Positions 25,650 to 39,550 of a stretch of DNA of 64,000 bases are shown here, piece after piece (within the stretch, counting starts at the first letter, position 1; each line of letters starts with the position of its first letter). The position numbers and the translations under genes were made by a program. The notes below the pieces were generated by a model. The model saw only the letters and a program-made list of their open reading frames with translations. It had not been told where the DNA came from and searched no databases. This stretch comes from Hemiscyllium ocellatum (Eukaryota): assembly GCF_020745735.1 (NCBI RefSeq), contig NC_083405.1, positions 61,098,345 through 61,162,344 of the forward strand. The letters are read 5' to 3'.

Positions 25650-26377
25650 GTGAGATGCTTCTTATTTGTCTTTGAAAATGCTGTAATTTTACTATTCTTG
25701 CTATTAAGTTCTCCTCCCTGCCAAAACAAATGCAGCTAGATTGCTGGCTTCTTTACAAACGTAGTTGCACCCATATTTTGGATCACTGGCTGTGTGTGAA
25801 ATATGCCATGAAAGTTTCATTCCTTTCAGTGGCAGCTGAGCATCTTAACTAAAATAACTGACATGTCATTCTCATGCACTGATCATAAACTGTTCAACTT
25901 CTCTGGTTGTGTTTGGATACGTTCTGTCAGTTGGCTTGGGGACTGCAAATTTGTTAATTGCGGGAACACTGTATTGGGAAGGTTCTGACATTTGTGTTAT
26001 TGGAACACAGAAATATTGTGACAAATGTTGTTTCTTTATTGAAACAGCTTTTGCCGTTCTAATTTTATATGTAATTGTTTCAGAAAATTGCTTGTGAACA
26101 TTGTCTCTCTTAATAGCTCAATGTAGAAATGTAAATCCCAAGTTAACCTTTCAGGTTATAACTAGTGAATTTCATTTTTGCCGTTGGGTGTATTTCATTT
26201 GGCCTCAATGTGTGGTCTAGGAATATTAACTAATGTAGTTCAGGACAGGACTGGACTCAGCTGTTATTTCATATTGACATGCTAACCTTTACTGTCTTGA
26301 CTTTTTTTTATTTGTTCATGGATCTGGGCATCGCTGACTATGGCAACATTTATTGCCTATCCCTAATTATCCTTGAA

Positions 26378-26935
26378 ATGTTCATGTTGCAGTTGTATAA
26401 GACTCTGGTGCGGCCGCACCTGGAGTATTGTGTGCAGATTTTGTCGCCATACTATAGGAAGGATGTTGAGGCACTGGAAAGGGTGCAGAGGAGGTTTACC
26501 AGGATGTTGCCTGGTATGGTAGGAAGATCATATGAGGAAAGGCTGAGGCACTTGGGGCTCTTTTCATTGGAGAAAAGAAGGTTTGGGGTGACTTGATAGA
26601 GGTGTACAAGATGATTAGAGGTTTAGATAGGGTTGACCATGAGAACCTTTTTCCACATATGGAGTCAGCTATTACGAGGGGGCATAGCTTTAAATTAAGG
26701 GGAGGTAGGTATAGGACAGATGTTAGGGGTAGATTCTTTACTCAGCGAGTTGTGAGTTCATGGAATGCCCTACCAGTAGCAGTGTGGACTCTCCCTCTAT
26801 GTGGGCATTTAAACGGACATTGGATAGGCATATGGAGGATAGTGGGCTAGTGTAGGTTAGGTGGGCTTGGATCGGCACAACATCGAGGGCCAAAGGGCCT
26901 GTACTGCGCTGTATTTTTTTTCTCTATGTTTTATG
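26378..26935 (+). mobile_element. CR1 LINE 3' fragment in BAG1 intron 4
   Basis: [15 protein letters not shown]...[15 protein letters not shown]; CR1 3' end. Confidence 0.88.
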
Positions 26936-29044
26936 GTGGTATTGTTTTTTTTTAACAAAGTCCTGCATCAAAGAGTAATGTGTAATATTAACGTGCATGG
27001 GATTGAGGGTAGTGTATTAAGATGGATAAAAAAAATTAGTTCACAGACAAGAAATGAAGAGAAGGAATGAAAGGGTCATTTACTGAATAGCAAACAGTGA
27101 CTAGTGTGATACTGTATTAATTAAATTTTGCCTTCATGCTTTTATTATGCATTAAAATAATTCCATTCTTTGGGATGCAGTTTAATTCAGTCTCATCTCT
27201 AGTTTATCTGAATTCATAACTGACTCCTTTAAAAAGCAATAACTTGCCCTGCAACCAGCCTAAAGTGGTTGGCTCTGCCAGGCTGTCTTCCTGTAATTAT
27301 TTGTGGCAATGTCCCAGAGAAACTAGGCTCACCTCGTGGCAGAGACTATACCTGGCATGGCAAGTTCTACAGATCTCAGCTGCTGGGATTGAGGTACTCA
27401 GACATTCACAAAATATGTTAATAATTTAAATGCGGTAGCTAAATGCATTAACTCAAAATGTTCAGATGACACAAAGCTGAGTGGAAGGGTGACCTATGAG
27501 AAGGATGCAGAGACGCTACAGCATGATTTACATACGTTGGGTGAATGGACAATTGCATACTACATGCGGTATAATATGCGTAAATGTGAGGTTATCACTT
27601 TGGTAGCAAAAATAGCAAGGCAAATTGTTACTTGAAAGGTTGCAAATTGAGAAAGGGGAATGGTCATTGAAACCTGGGGTGTTCTTGTGCATTAGTCACT
27701 GAAAGGAAGCAGGCAATAAAGAAGGTGAACTGTATATTGGCCTTCATAGCTAGAGGATTTGAGTACAGGAACAACGTGAGAGACTAGGAATACTGTGGTG
27801 TGTAACTCACCATCTGCCTCCCCAGTGTCTGTCTACCATATACAAGGTACTAGTCAGGAATGTGATGGAATACTCCCCATATGCCTAGATGGGTGAAGTT
27901 CCAACAATGTTTAAACAACCTGACACATTCAGGCCAAAGTAGCCTGCTTGATTGGCACAACATCTACATATATCCATTCCCTCTTCTACTGACACTCAGT
28001 ACACGCTGCTGCTGCTATCTATAAGGTGCACTGCAGAAATTCACCAAAGATCCTCAGACAGTGCCTTCCAAACTCATGACCACTTCCAACTAGGCAGCGG
28101 ATACATGGGAGCATCACCACCAACAAGTTCCCCTCCAAGCCCCTCACCATCCTGACTTGGATATATATTGCCGTTCTTTCACTGATGCTGGGTCAAAAAT
28201 CCGGAATTCCCTTCCTAAGGGTATTGTGGAGCAACCTACAGAATGTGGACTGCAGTGATTCAAGAAGGCAACTCACCAACACTTTCTCAAGTGCAACTCG
28301 GGATGGGCAATAAATGCTGGCCAGTCAATGACACCCACGTCCCGTGAATGAATGAAAAAAAAAAGTTTTACTGCAATTATACAGGGCATTGGTGTGGCCA
28401 TACCTGGAATATAGTGTGCAGTTTTGGTCTCCTTATCTGAGGAAGGATGTTGCTGTAGAAGAGGTTAAGCAAAAGTTTACCAAATTGATTGTTGGGATGG
28501 CAGGACTGACATGTAATGAAAGACTGAGTTGGTTAGGATTGTATTCTCGGCTTTAGAAGAATGAGACAGGATCCTGTAGAAGCCTATAAAATTATAAGAT
28601 GGCTCGACAGGCTAGATGCAGGAAGGATGTTCCCGATGGTAGGGGAATCCAGAACCATGGTTCATAGTTTAAGGATAAGGGTAAATCTTGTAGGACTGAG
28701 ATGAGGAGAAATGTCTTCACCCCGAGAGAGGTGAACCTGTGGAACTCAGTTACGGAGAAAGCGATTGAGGCAAAAACTTTGTGTTTTGAAGAAAGAAGTC
28801 GATAGAGCTCTTGTGGCGATTAGGATCTAAGCTCAGTGATCAGCCATGATTATATTGAATAATTGAGCAGGCTGATGGGTCTAATGGCCTACTGCTGTCT
28901 TCTTTGTTTACCTGTTTTGCCAAATGTCCTGCTGAGTGCAGGACAAGAAGCTTCAACAAGATTTTTTTGCGGCAATACTCAACTAATGATACACACTTAA
29001 TGCAATAAAATCTTGGGTACTTCACCATATTTTATAAATAGATT

Positions 29045-29390
29045 CATAGAGTCGTACAGCATGGAAACAGACCCTTTGATCTAACTCGTCCATGCCGACC
29101 AGATATCCTAGCCTAATCTAGTCCCATTTGCCAGCACTTGGCCCATATCCCTCTACGTCCTTCCTATTTCATTACCCATCCAGATGCCTTTTAAATGGTG
29201 TAATTATACCCGTCTCCACCACTTCCTCTGGCAGCTCATTTCATACGTGCCCCCTCCTCTGTGTTAAAAAGTTGCCTTTTAGACCCCTTTTAAATCTTTC
29301 CCCCCTCACCTTAAACCTATGCCCACTAGTTCTGGACTGCCCCACCTCAGGGAAAAGACTTTGTCTATTTTCCCTATTCATGCCCCTATT
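29045..29390 (-). mobile_element. CR1 LINE 3' fragment
   Basis: Reverse complement of the CR1 3' end (SRTSGHRFKVRGERFK) with a CTCTATGA tail. Confidence 0.85.
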
Positions 29391-29541
29391 AAGAGTCAAT
29401 GGATCTGACAAAGAATTACAGCTGAGCATTTTTGGTAGTTTCCTGTGATGTTAAGGATTTGGTTTACCTGGCACCATTGGATGTATAAAAGATGATGTAC
29501 AAGGATAAAATAATTTGTGCTGAGATTTTGTTGTCATCTAG

Positions 29542-29649
29542 GGGTTCCTTGCCCAAGATCTTCAATCAGCCGCATTAAGCAAATTAGAGAAGAAAGTGAA
29601 GAGCACATCGGAACAGTGTATGAAGTTTCTTGAACAGATTGATGCTATG
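29542..29649 (+). CDS. BAG1: BAG1 exon 5
   Basis: tctag|GGG...ATG|gtgggt; GFLAQDLQSAALSKLEKKVKSTSEQCMKFLEQIDAM. Confidence 0.94.
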
Positions 29650-30708
29650 GTGGGTAAGAGAAAATTACAAATGTATACAGATTACATAAATAGAATTTCT
29701 GGAGGGGTGGTAGTTAACTGAAAATTTGTGTTTTTCTCATTAGTCTGCAGTGTACATTTTCATGAATTCTATTTCTGTTAAAAAAAGTTCACAATTTTCG
29801 ATACCTTAGTTCAATGTATTGCTTTATTTCCAAAAATCTCTTTCCGTCCAGCCCTTTGGAAAATTATTTTTCAAGTGCTTGCATGTTGATAATTAAACTT
29901 CCTTCAGCAAAAAATGGATCAGCTGTGAACACCAGCCTGAATAAATTTTAATCAAGACATAGACAATATATTGTATAACATTTAAATTATAGTTAAATGT
30001 AACAGTCAATGCATTTGAACAAGTCATATTCTGATCAGCTGTTTCCTGCAATATGTTCAGAATTTATTTTGAGGATAGTGTTTTGATTAATGAAATGTGA
30101 CCATGTAGAAATTTAAACTTTTTTTTTACTTGGTTTGATTAGGTAGATGTAAATGGGATGTTTTCCTAAGCTGGTGAGTTTAGAACCAGAAGATAAGAGT
30201 CTCAGGATAAGGGGTTGGCATTTTAAGACTAAGATGAGGCTGGTGAATCTTCGGAATTTTCTTCCACAGTGAGCTGTGGAAAGTCAATCATTAAACATGT
30301 TCGAGACAGAAATCAATAAGATTTCTGGATCCTGAAGACATCTTCGGGTATGAGGATAGCTTGGAAAGATGGTATTGTGATAGATGATCCGCAATGATTT
30401 AACTGAATGGCAGATGGATCTGATGGGTTGATTCCCGCTCCTAGTGTTCCCAATATTAAACTCTTGTTCCTCTTGTTTTAAAGGTATAAGCAACTAAAAT
30501 AATTTCTCAATGATATGAATGAATGTAGTTGATCCTTGAGAAATGTATGTTTCAGTTGCATTTGTCCACGTTTAAATAGGATTAGTGCCACTTTTTTATT
30601 ACTTCAGACATAATTCAAAATTGAAAACACATGGCAAGAGAGAAACTCAAGAACCATTCTCAATTCATGTATCAGTTTAGTTGTGTAGGTCCATGTTAAA
30701 ATTTTAAT

Positions 30709-30728
30709 TATATATATATATATATATA
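30709..30728. repeat. (TA)n microsatellite
   Basis: Direct inspection. Confidence 0.9.
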
Positions 30729-30781
30729 ACAACTTGGTTTGGATGTGTCAAGGCACAGTAAGTAACTATAAAAATAGGTAG

Positions 30782-30883
30782 CTGAAAATGTGTTGCTGGT
30801 CAAAGCACAGCAGGCCAGGCAGCATCTCAGGAATAGAGAATTCAACGTTTCGAGCATAAGCCCTTCATCAGGAAATTTTTACT
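30782..30883 (-). mobile_element. Short Penelope-derived hammerhead element with 15-bp TSD
   Basis: Core CTGATGAAGGGCTTATGCTCGAAACGTT on the minus strand; flanked by TATAAAAATAGGTAG at 30767 and 30884. Confidence 0.85.
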
Positions 30884-32719
30884 TATAAAAATAGGTAGAT
30901 AATGTGTGTGGACACAACTGGCATGTTTAGTGCAGCGTAGGGAAGAACAAATCGGAAAACCTCCTTAATGGTTAATTAAGATCTATAGATGAACAAAGGG
31001 ACTTCTGTGACCATGAACATAATGAGAAAGATAAATATAACTTTGATCTTCAGCTCAAGAGGGATAAAATTCAGTTTTCCAGTCCTTCTCCAGCTATGTT
31101 TGGGACATTGGCCCTGATATTTCAGTTGGAAGATAGCCATTACGGCCTAGGAGCATGTGGAAATCCTGATACAGGTAACTCTGTGGGAATTGCCCAGACA
31201 ATTGAAATTTCCTTGGGGCATAAAACCCAGCATCAGGAAGCTCCACAGAAGTCTTCTACTTTGAATCTGAGACTTTGGATGGTTCTGATTTACTTAGGCT
31301 CAATAATTACCCTCCAAGTTAGAGGATTAAATGAAACCATTGACACGCTGCTGACTTCCTGATCTGACCTCCTACCACGTTGCCTGATAATCAGCTATTG
31401 TTTGTTGAATCAGGATCAGAAATAATGTCCAATTTTGATGGGTGAAGCTAGGTTGTTGGATACATGTACTTTATACCATTCTTTGGACATAATCACTTAG
31501 GGGTTGTGTGCATAGTTTAATCAGAATGCTACTGGGGCTTACGGATTAAATCCAGAGGGTTTCCTCAAATCTAGAAGATTGAAGGAAGATCAGATTGAGG
31601 CAAGAAAAATAAGAGATCATTAAATTGAGGGGATAAACTATTTTCTCTGATGGTGTAATCTGGAGCAATATGACATAATATTAACATTAGAAATGGACAG
31701 GAATGATACCAGGAAGTCCAACTTCACACAAGATGTAGTGTAAATCTCGAACTTAACTAAAAGGACGAAGGCTAATTGAAATTTAAAACTCAGATTAATA
31801 CAAGGAATATGGAGCCAAGTTAAGTAATTGGCTGTTGTGGTACATATCCTCCATGATTTAATAGATTGACAGAATCTTCAAAGGGCTGAACAGCTGACTT
31901 GTGTCCTGTTGCAGCAATGCTTATAATCCATCTGGAAAAAATTATAGCAGGGTGCTTTCAGGTTATTTTTGATGTGTTAATTCAGAAATTAAGTGAGGTA
32001 ATGAATGGTAGCCCAAATCATCGGTCTTGTACATCTGTACTTTATTTTCAGTGAATTCCTGTAGTGTTGTCTTATTTTAAACTCTGACTATTCAGTAATA
32101 TTGCAGAATATTTTAAAATGTCCTCTGATCATATACTACTCATGATTGAGACATTTAATACAATGGTTGCAATGAATACTGCCATTTAACTCCAACTGAT
32201 CGATGTAGGAATGTCAACTTGAATTTATACCAAAAACAGAAGTTAACAGTATGTATCGTTCAACAGTTTTTTTTTCTGCAGGATGTGCGATATCTTTGTG
32301 TGATCAAAGATTGACTTTAGTTTAATTACAAACAAACAAATGTTTGTGAATAAGCAAATGCAAAATTGTGGCATCTGTTGAAAAACATGAAACTAATGGT
32401 GAAACTACTTGAATGATGAACATGGAAAAAATAATTTTAATTTTTGAAGCACATTGGGTAGAAATCTTATTTAAGTACAGCCAGTACTGCATGACTCCAG
32501 TCAGAGCTAATAGTGACTCGAGTTTAAAGGAAGATGCATGTAACAGGTCCTGGAACATAATATTTAACAAACCTGATGCAATGACCAGTATTACAGTGCA
32601 CTGTCCTCTCTGTTAGGAAATTCCAAACTAAATTTAAGTTTTAAACACACAGTAAATCAAATTTATGCATTTATACTGTTTGTTCCTTACAAGTAAAGTA
32701 TTTTGAATTTATTTTCAAG

Positions 32720-32782
32720 AGTTTGCCTGATGACTTTAGTGACTGCAGACATAAGAGAAAAAGTCTTGTGAAGAATGTACAG
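32720..32782 (+). CDS. BAG1: BAG1 exon 6
   Basis: ttttcaag|AGT...CAG|gtgagt; SLPDDFSDCRHKRKSLVKNVQ (BAG domain RKxLVKxVQ motif). Confidence 0.94.
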
Positions 32783-33649
32783 GTGAGTTGGTCTTGTATA
32801 TTGAAATTTAAGGGATACCTTGCAAATGTTTGAAAGTCAGACCCCCTCTCATACTGTACTGTGTGTAATTGGTACCCAATTTAATTGATAACAATGTTAA
32901 TTTGTTAGATTGGAATTTCAGTTTTCATCTCCTGTAACCAGTATTACTGACTCAACTGATGTTTAGAACCAAACTGTCTTGAGTGCTTTACTGCTTATTA
33001 ATCTACATTTTAAGTGGCTTATAGTTTTTTTATAAATTGACTACAATTCCTAGAGTTTGTAATTTAAATCTGAAACATTGAAAATTCAAAACTTGAACAG
33101 TGGATATTTTGCTTTAATTTAGTCAGATCGGGTGTGTAAATGGTTTAGATGCTAAGCCCCAACACATACAATCAAGAAGTCTGGAAATTTCAAGTTTGAT
33201 GCTCTGTTTACCAGTCTGAGACCAGTAGCCGAAGTATTGGGTCTAGCTGGGTAATAGCTAGTTTACATTTCCTGGCCAACTCTAATGGCATGGAAGTATT
33301 AGGTCTAAGCAATCAGAAAGGTTGAACTAAATATTTCGAGTGTGGGTGACAACAACTGTTAACTGCTGACGGGTTTAAAAACATCCTTGAAGCCTGATTG
33401 GGGCGGGTAGTACTTGCAAAGATGCCCTTCTGTCAGGGAGGGGAATAGCTTGCCAAGGTATCCCACTAGTTCTGTCCACTATTAAGCAAATCATAAGTAG
33501 ACACTGCGTAACAGTTGGTAAGCAGATGGCAGTCTCTCCCAGATGTGGCAAGTTCATGCCCCCAGCCTAGAATGCTGCCATCAAAAGTATATGTAAGACT
33601 TCTACATTTTCTCCAAGTGTGATTTTTTTTTTTCATTTTTTGGTTGCAG

Positions 33650-33739
33650 AATTACTTGGCTCAGTGTGATGTCATTGAAACAAATATCTCACAGCAACTA
33701 GAGAAGCTTCAATCAAAGAACCTCACTCTTGCTGACTGA
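33650..33739 (+). CDS. BAG1: BAG1 exon 7 (last)
   Basis: ttgcag|AAT...TGA; NYLAQCDVIETNISQQLEKLQSKNLTLAD*. AATAAA at 33869, 34022 and 34096. Total CDS 624 nt = 207 aa. Confidence 0.94.
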   Translation, partial: NYLAQCDVIETNISQQLEKLQSKNLTLAD

Positions 33740-34804
33740 TTTTACAGAAAATAACAAAGGAGTATGATAGTAAGGAACCACCCTGTCTAGATTTTACCAT
33801 TTAATCTAAGAACTTTTAACTAACTCACAACCTGGTGTAAATAATGATTTAGAGAATGGAAACTTTGTAATAAAGGTAACCAATTGCTTTCCAGGACAGT
33901 AACACATTTCCTCTGATAATTATCTCCTACATTGTCACATCAGGAGGTTCTCTATTACTAAAAAGACACCAGTTTTGAAACACTGCGGGTCATAAACATT
34001 AATGCATGTAGTTGGCACTGAAATAAATGTTTTTGTATTCTAACAGTATGTTGGACTGTTTGCATGTGGTAGTTGTTAGTCAAAAGGCATTCCTTAATAA
34101 ATTACTTCATTTAATATGTCTAAGTTATTTCAGATTCATTGGAGGGATCATGAATAACTATTAAAAGTGTCTACTCCACATAATTGCTGAAGCCTAATTG
34201 CTTATTCACTTTAGAGGCAATTAAATTCTAGGTTATTGTAACACACCTTTGCTTTCAGTTTTGCGACAGTTCCCATTCTTTTTAGATTCAAAGTACATGG
34301 TTCAATGAGATTAATGTGGAAAGTGATGGAATGTGGGGCAAAAGGTCAGTTTATGTTTAACACAGCTAATGATAACTACATTAGAGATGTGTACACATCT
34401 TTGAAGGTTGCAGGGGAGTTTGAGACCACAAGTAATAAAGCATAAAGGATCCTGGGCTTGATAAATGAGGAAAACGTAGACAAAAACAAGTAAGTTATAA
34501 TAAACCTGTATAAAACACTAGATCACCCTCAGATGGAGTACTACAATGCGACCCCCACCCCACCCCCACCTTTTGCCATATCACTTTCAAATCTTCTATC
34601 TTGAGGCTGAAGATGAACAAGATACTGAATAGCTGTTTCCTGTAGCAAATAAATCTCTGATTATAAAATACCATGACAGACATATAACTAACTAAAGATT
34701 AGTATAATAATGTTCATATGAATATTTCTAACATTTCAATCAATCACAAACAAATTTCCCTCTAAGCTGTGTGACTGCTCAGAGATCCACACATGCGTAT
34801 ATGG

Positions 34805-37800
34805 GAGAAGGATTCACATTTTTGGATCTTTGGAATCTCTTTTGGGGTAGAAGTGACCTGTACAAGAAGGACGGATTGCACCTAAATTGGAAGGGGACCA
34901 ATATACTGGCAGGGAAATTTGCTACAACTGCTTGGGAGGATTTAAACTAGTAAGGGGGGGGGGGGGGGGGGGGGACTCAGGGAGATAGTGAGGAAAGAGG
35001 TCGGTCTGAGAACAGAAGTGAGTCAGTCAGGGACAAGGTAGGACTAATAAATTAAACTGCATTTATTTCAATGCAAGGGGCCTAACAGGGAAGGCAGATG
35101 AACTCAGGGCATGGTTAGGAACATGGGACTGAGATATCATAGCAATTACGGAAACATGGCTCAGGGATGGGCAGGACTGGCACCTTAATGTTCCAGGATA
35201 CAAATGCTACAGGAAGGATAGAAAGGGAGGCAAGAGAGGAGGGGGAGTGGCATTTTTGATAAGGGATAGCATTACAGCTGTGCTGAGGGAGGATATTCCT
35301 GGAAATACATCCAAGGAAGTTATTTGGGTGGAACTGAGAAATAAGAAAGGGATGATCACATTATTGGGATTGTATTTTAGACCCTCCAATAGTCAGAGGG
35401 AAATTGAGAAACAAACTTGTAAGGAGATCTCAGCTATCTGTAAGAATAATCGGGTAGTTATGGTAGGGGATTTTAATTTTCCAAACATCGACTGGGACTG
35501 CCATAGTGTTAAAAGTTTAGATGGAGAGGAATTTCTTAAATGTGTACAGGACAATTTTCTGATTCAGTATGTGGATGTACCTACTAGAGAAGGTGCAAAA
35601 CTTGACCGACTCTTGGGAAATAAGGCAGGGCAGGTGACTGAGGTGTCAGAAGGGGAGCACTTTGGGGCCAGCGACCATAATTCTATTCGTTTTAAAATAG
35701 TGATGAAAAAGGATAGACCAGATCTAAAAGTTGGAAGTTCTAAATTGGAGAAAGGCCAATTTTGACGGTATTAGGCAAGAACTTTTGAAAGCTGATTGGA
35801 GGCAGATGTTTGCAGGTAAAGGGATGACTGGAAAATGGGAAGCCTTCAGAAATGAGATAACAAGAACCCAGAGAAAGTATATTCCTGTCAGGGTGAAAGG
35901 GAAAGCTGGTAGGTATAAGGAATGCTGGATGACTAAAGAAATTGAGGGTTTGGTTAAGAAAAAGAAGGAAGCATATGTCAGGTATAGACAGGATAGATTG
36001 AGTGAATCCTTGGAAGAGTATAAAGGCAGTAGAAGTATACTTAAGAGGGAAATCAGGAGGGCAAAAAGGGGACATGAGATAGCTTTCGCAAATAGAATGA
36101 AGAAGAATTCAGAAGGGTTTTTACGAATACATTAAGGACAAAAGGGTAACTAGGGAGAGAATAGGACCCCTCAAAGATCAGCAAGATGGCCTTTGTGTGA
36201 AGTCGCAGAAAATGGGAGAGATACTAAATTAGTATTTTGCATCAGTATTTACTGTGGAAAAGGATATGGAAGATGTAGACTGTAGGGAAACAGATGGTGA
36301 CATCTTGCAAAATGTTCAGAGGAGGAAGTGCTGGATGTCTGGAAACGGTTAAAGGTGGATAAATCCCCAGGACCTGATCAGGTGTACCCGAGAACTCTGT
36401 GGGAAGCTAGAGAAGTGATTGCTGGGCCTCTTGCTGAGATATTTGTATCATCAACAGTCACAGGTGAGGTGCTGGAAGACTGGAGGTTGGCAAATGTGGT
36501 GCTACTGTTTAAGAAGGGCGGTAAAGACAAGCCAGGGAACTATAGACCGGTGAGCCTGATCTCGGTGGTGGGCAAGGAGGAAATCCTGAGTGACAGGATG
36601 TACATGTATTTGGAAAGGCAAGGACTGATTAGGGATAGTCAACATGGCTTTGTGTGTACGAAATCATGTCTCGCAAACTTGAGTTTTTTTGAAGAAGTAA
36701 CAAAGAAGATTGATGAGCGCAGAGCAGTAGATCTGATCTATATGGACTTTAGTAAGGCGTTCGACAAGGTTCCCCATGGGAGACTGATTAGCAAAGTTAG
36801 ATCTCATGGAATACAGGGAGAACTAGCCATTTGGATACAGAACTAGTCTCAAAGAGAGAAGACAGAGGGTGGTGGTGGAGGATTGTTTTTCTGACTGGAG
36901 GCCTGTGACCAGTGGAGTGCCACAAGGATCGGTGCTGGGCCCTCTACTTTTTGTCATTTACATAAATGATTTGGATGCGAGCATAAGAAGTACAGTTAGT
37001 AAGTTTGCAGATGACACTAAAATTGGAGGTGTAGTGGACAGCGAAGAGGGTTACCTCAGATTACAACAGGATCTTGGCCAGATGGGCCAATGGGCTGAGA
37101 AGTGGCAGATGGAGTTTAATTCAGATAAATGTGAGGTGCTGCATTTTGGGAAAGCAAATCCTAGCAGGACTTATACACTTAATGGTAAGGTCCTAAGGAG
37201 TGTTTCTGAACAAAGAGACCTTGGAGTGCAGGTTCATAGCTCCTTGAAAGTGGAGTCACAGGTAGATAGGATAGTGAAGAAGGCGTTTGGTATGCTTTCC
37301 TTTATTAGTCAGAGTATTGAGTACAGGAGTTGGGAGATCATGTTGCGGCTGTACAGGACATTGGTTTGGCCACTGTTGGAATACTGCGTGCAGTTCTGGT
37401 CATCTTCCTATTGGAAAGATGTTGTGAAACTTGAAAGGGCTCAGAAAAGATTTACAAGGATGTTGCCAGAGTTGGGGGAATCTGAGCTTCAGGGAGAGGC
37501 TGAACAGACTGTGGCTGTTTTCCCAGGAGTTTTGGAGGCTGAGGGGTGACCTTATAGAGGTTTACAAAATTATGAGGGGCATGGATAGGATAAATAGACA
37601 AAGTCTTTTTCCTGGGGTCAGGGAGTCCAGAACTAGAGGGCATAGGTTTAGGGTGAGAGGGGAAAGATATAAAAGACACCATGGGACGACTTTTTCACGC
37701 AGAGGGTGGTACGCCATATGGAATGAGCTGCCAGAGGATGTGGTGGAGGCTGGTACAATTGCAACATTTAAGAGGCATTTGGATGAGTATATGAATAGGA

Positions 37801-37918
37801 AGGGTTTGGAGGGATATGGGCCGGGTGCTGGCAGGTGGGACTAGATTGGGTTGGGATATCTGGTCGGCATGGATGGATTGGACCGAAGGGTCTGTTTCCA
37901 TGCTGTACATCTCTATGA
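34805..37918 (+). mobile_element. CR1-clade LINE (HER1-like): ORF1 esterase C-terminus plus nearly complete, frameshifted ORF2 (APE endonuclease + RT)
   Basis: DLYKKDGLHLN (SGNH esterase); YFNARGL, ITETWL, GDFNFPNIDW and SDHN (APE); GVPQGSVLGP and FADDTK (RT); 3' tail. Several stops and frameshifts. Confidence 0.95.
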
Positions 37919-38451
37919 CATGCATTAGCTTCCAGTTCCAGAGTCCATTGCTGTGTGTGGAAGCACATGCAGTAGCAGGAAGAATTAAAGGGAACGTGAG
38001 GAACATACAACTTCTTTCATGCATGTTGTGTAGCTAATCAGGCCCAAATCTGCCATAGTGCACACTAAAATCAATCAGCTATATTCATGTTGTGCTACTT
38101 CTAAAATACTATATTTGTTCCATGCAAAACATTTACTTTTTAAAGTCAAAAGATCCATGAAGTTAGGTATATTGACCTGTGGCTACAAGAATAATATACT
38201 TCAAATAAGCGCATTCAAAACTGTATTTGCGTTTTAGTTCCCTTTCTGCAAAAATGAAGTGATTAAAACACATAACTAATATTATTTAAGGAGTTTATTT
38301 TTATACATTATTTTCAGTAATGGTTTTATTTACACGAGTGTAATCAAGATGCTTAATAGTAGATAAACATTGCTGTAAGGCAGCCACCAATGCAAAATGC
38401 TGGCATTGCATTGTGGAAAGCGGAAATTAATTGGCTATGTTTTAGCTTTTT

Positions 38452-38550
38452 TCACCAAGCAAGTCTGTAGCTGTATGGAAAGATCTTCTTGTGAAGGTAT
38501 TCTACCATCTCCTTACTGTTCTGTAGCTTGTCAAATTCGTAGAATGGAAT
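38452..38550 (-). CDS. FASTKD3: FASTKD3 last coding exon
   Basis: tatctag|ATT...TGA; IPFYEFDKLQNSKEMVEYLHKKIFPYSYRLAW*. Minus-strand AATAAA at 38330 and 38299. Total CDS 1989 nt = 662 aa. Confidence 0.95.
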   Translation of the reverse strand: MPFYEFDKLQNSKEMVEYLHKKIFPYSYRLAW

Positions 38551-38766
38551 CTAGATAAAACAAATTGCAGGTTTTCACATAAACTATTAAGATAAATAAA
38601 AATGTATACATTTATGTGCAGACATTAATTAATTACAAGTTGTCAATATGAAAGCTTTGAAAGTTGGAATTACTATCAAAGCATTTTATAACCATTTGTC
38701 CAAGTATATATCCTAAATACTTATTTCATGAGTAAAATATTTATAGCTATCTCAAGCTGTACCCAC

Positions 38767-38881
38767 CTGTACAACATCGTAGCCCAGCAGCCGTAGTTGC
38801 CTCTGTTTGATAGTTTCCTTACCGAGTAGATTTTGAGTATTTGCAGAGAACCTTCTCTGGTCATCAATGCAGAGTGCTACT
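38767..38881 (-). CDS. FASTKD3: FASTKD3 coding exon 5 (RAP domain)
   Basis: ttttcag|A...CAG|gtgggt; (R)VALCIDDQRRFSANTQNLLGKETIKQRQLRLLGYDVVQ. Confidence 0.95.
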
Positions 38882-39403
38882 CTGAAAAGGATAACCACAA
38901 TAAATAACAGTTGGCGAACAACAAAAAACATATACGGTGCCTGTTACATAAAACCTTCCTATGATTCTGTTTAAGGTGGATAGGGAGGGAGTTCCACAGA
39001 ATGGAATTAAGTTAGTGGACGTTGGATCAAAGAGTAGGATAACACATGGGCACTATTTCACAACTGGGCATTGTAGGGTGGGACAAGAGCTGAAATCTTG
39101 GGTATGGTATGTGTGGCAAGCAAAATTTACAATTTAAAAAAAAGTTGCAGAAATTCAGGATCTGATTACAAGTACAAATTTTGTTTAAAGCTTTACTAAG
39201 ACTACCCAAGCTACATAGTTGATTACTGATGAGCAATATCAACCAATTTACAAAGGTGTGGGTCATCATGTGACAGTGACTACATCTAACTTCGTGTTTC
39301 GGGACAAACTATATTAATTCAGACAGACCTTTATGAAAATCTGTCACCCTCAAAGCATACACATTCCCCTTTAGAAAAATGTTACATATTACAGTGTGAC
39401 TTC

Positions 39404-39550
39404 ATGATTTGGAAGTGCCAGTGTAGGGCTGGGGTGTACAAAGCTAAAAATCACACGCCAGGTTATAGTTCAACAGGTTTACACTAGCTTTCAGAGTGCT
39501 GCTCCTTCATCACCTGATGAACTATAACCGTATTGTGTGATTTTTAAGTG
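39404..39550. mobile_element. Short fold-back Penelope-derived element (second family)
   Basis: CCAGGTTATAGTTCAACAGG...GCTCCTTCATCA/CCTGATGAA...CTATAACC inverted arms; same family as ~18955-19055, 57275 and 57545. Confidence 0.65.

Noticed and set aside
35247-37844. Intact, active LINE ORF2
   Set aside because: Broken into several frames with stops, so it is non-autonomous.
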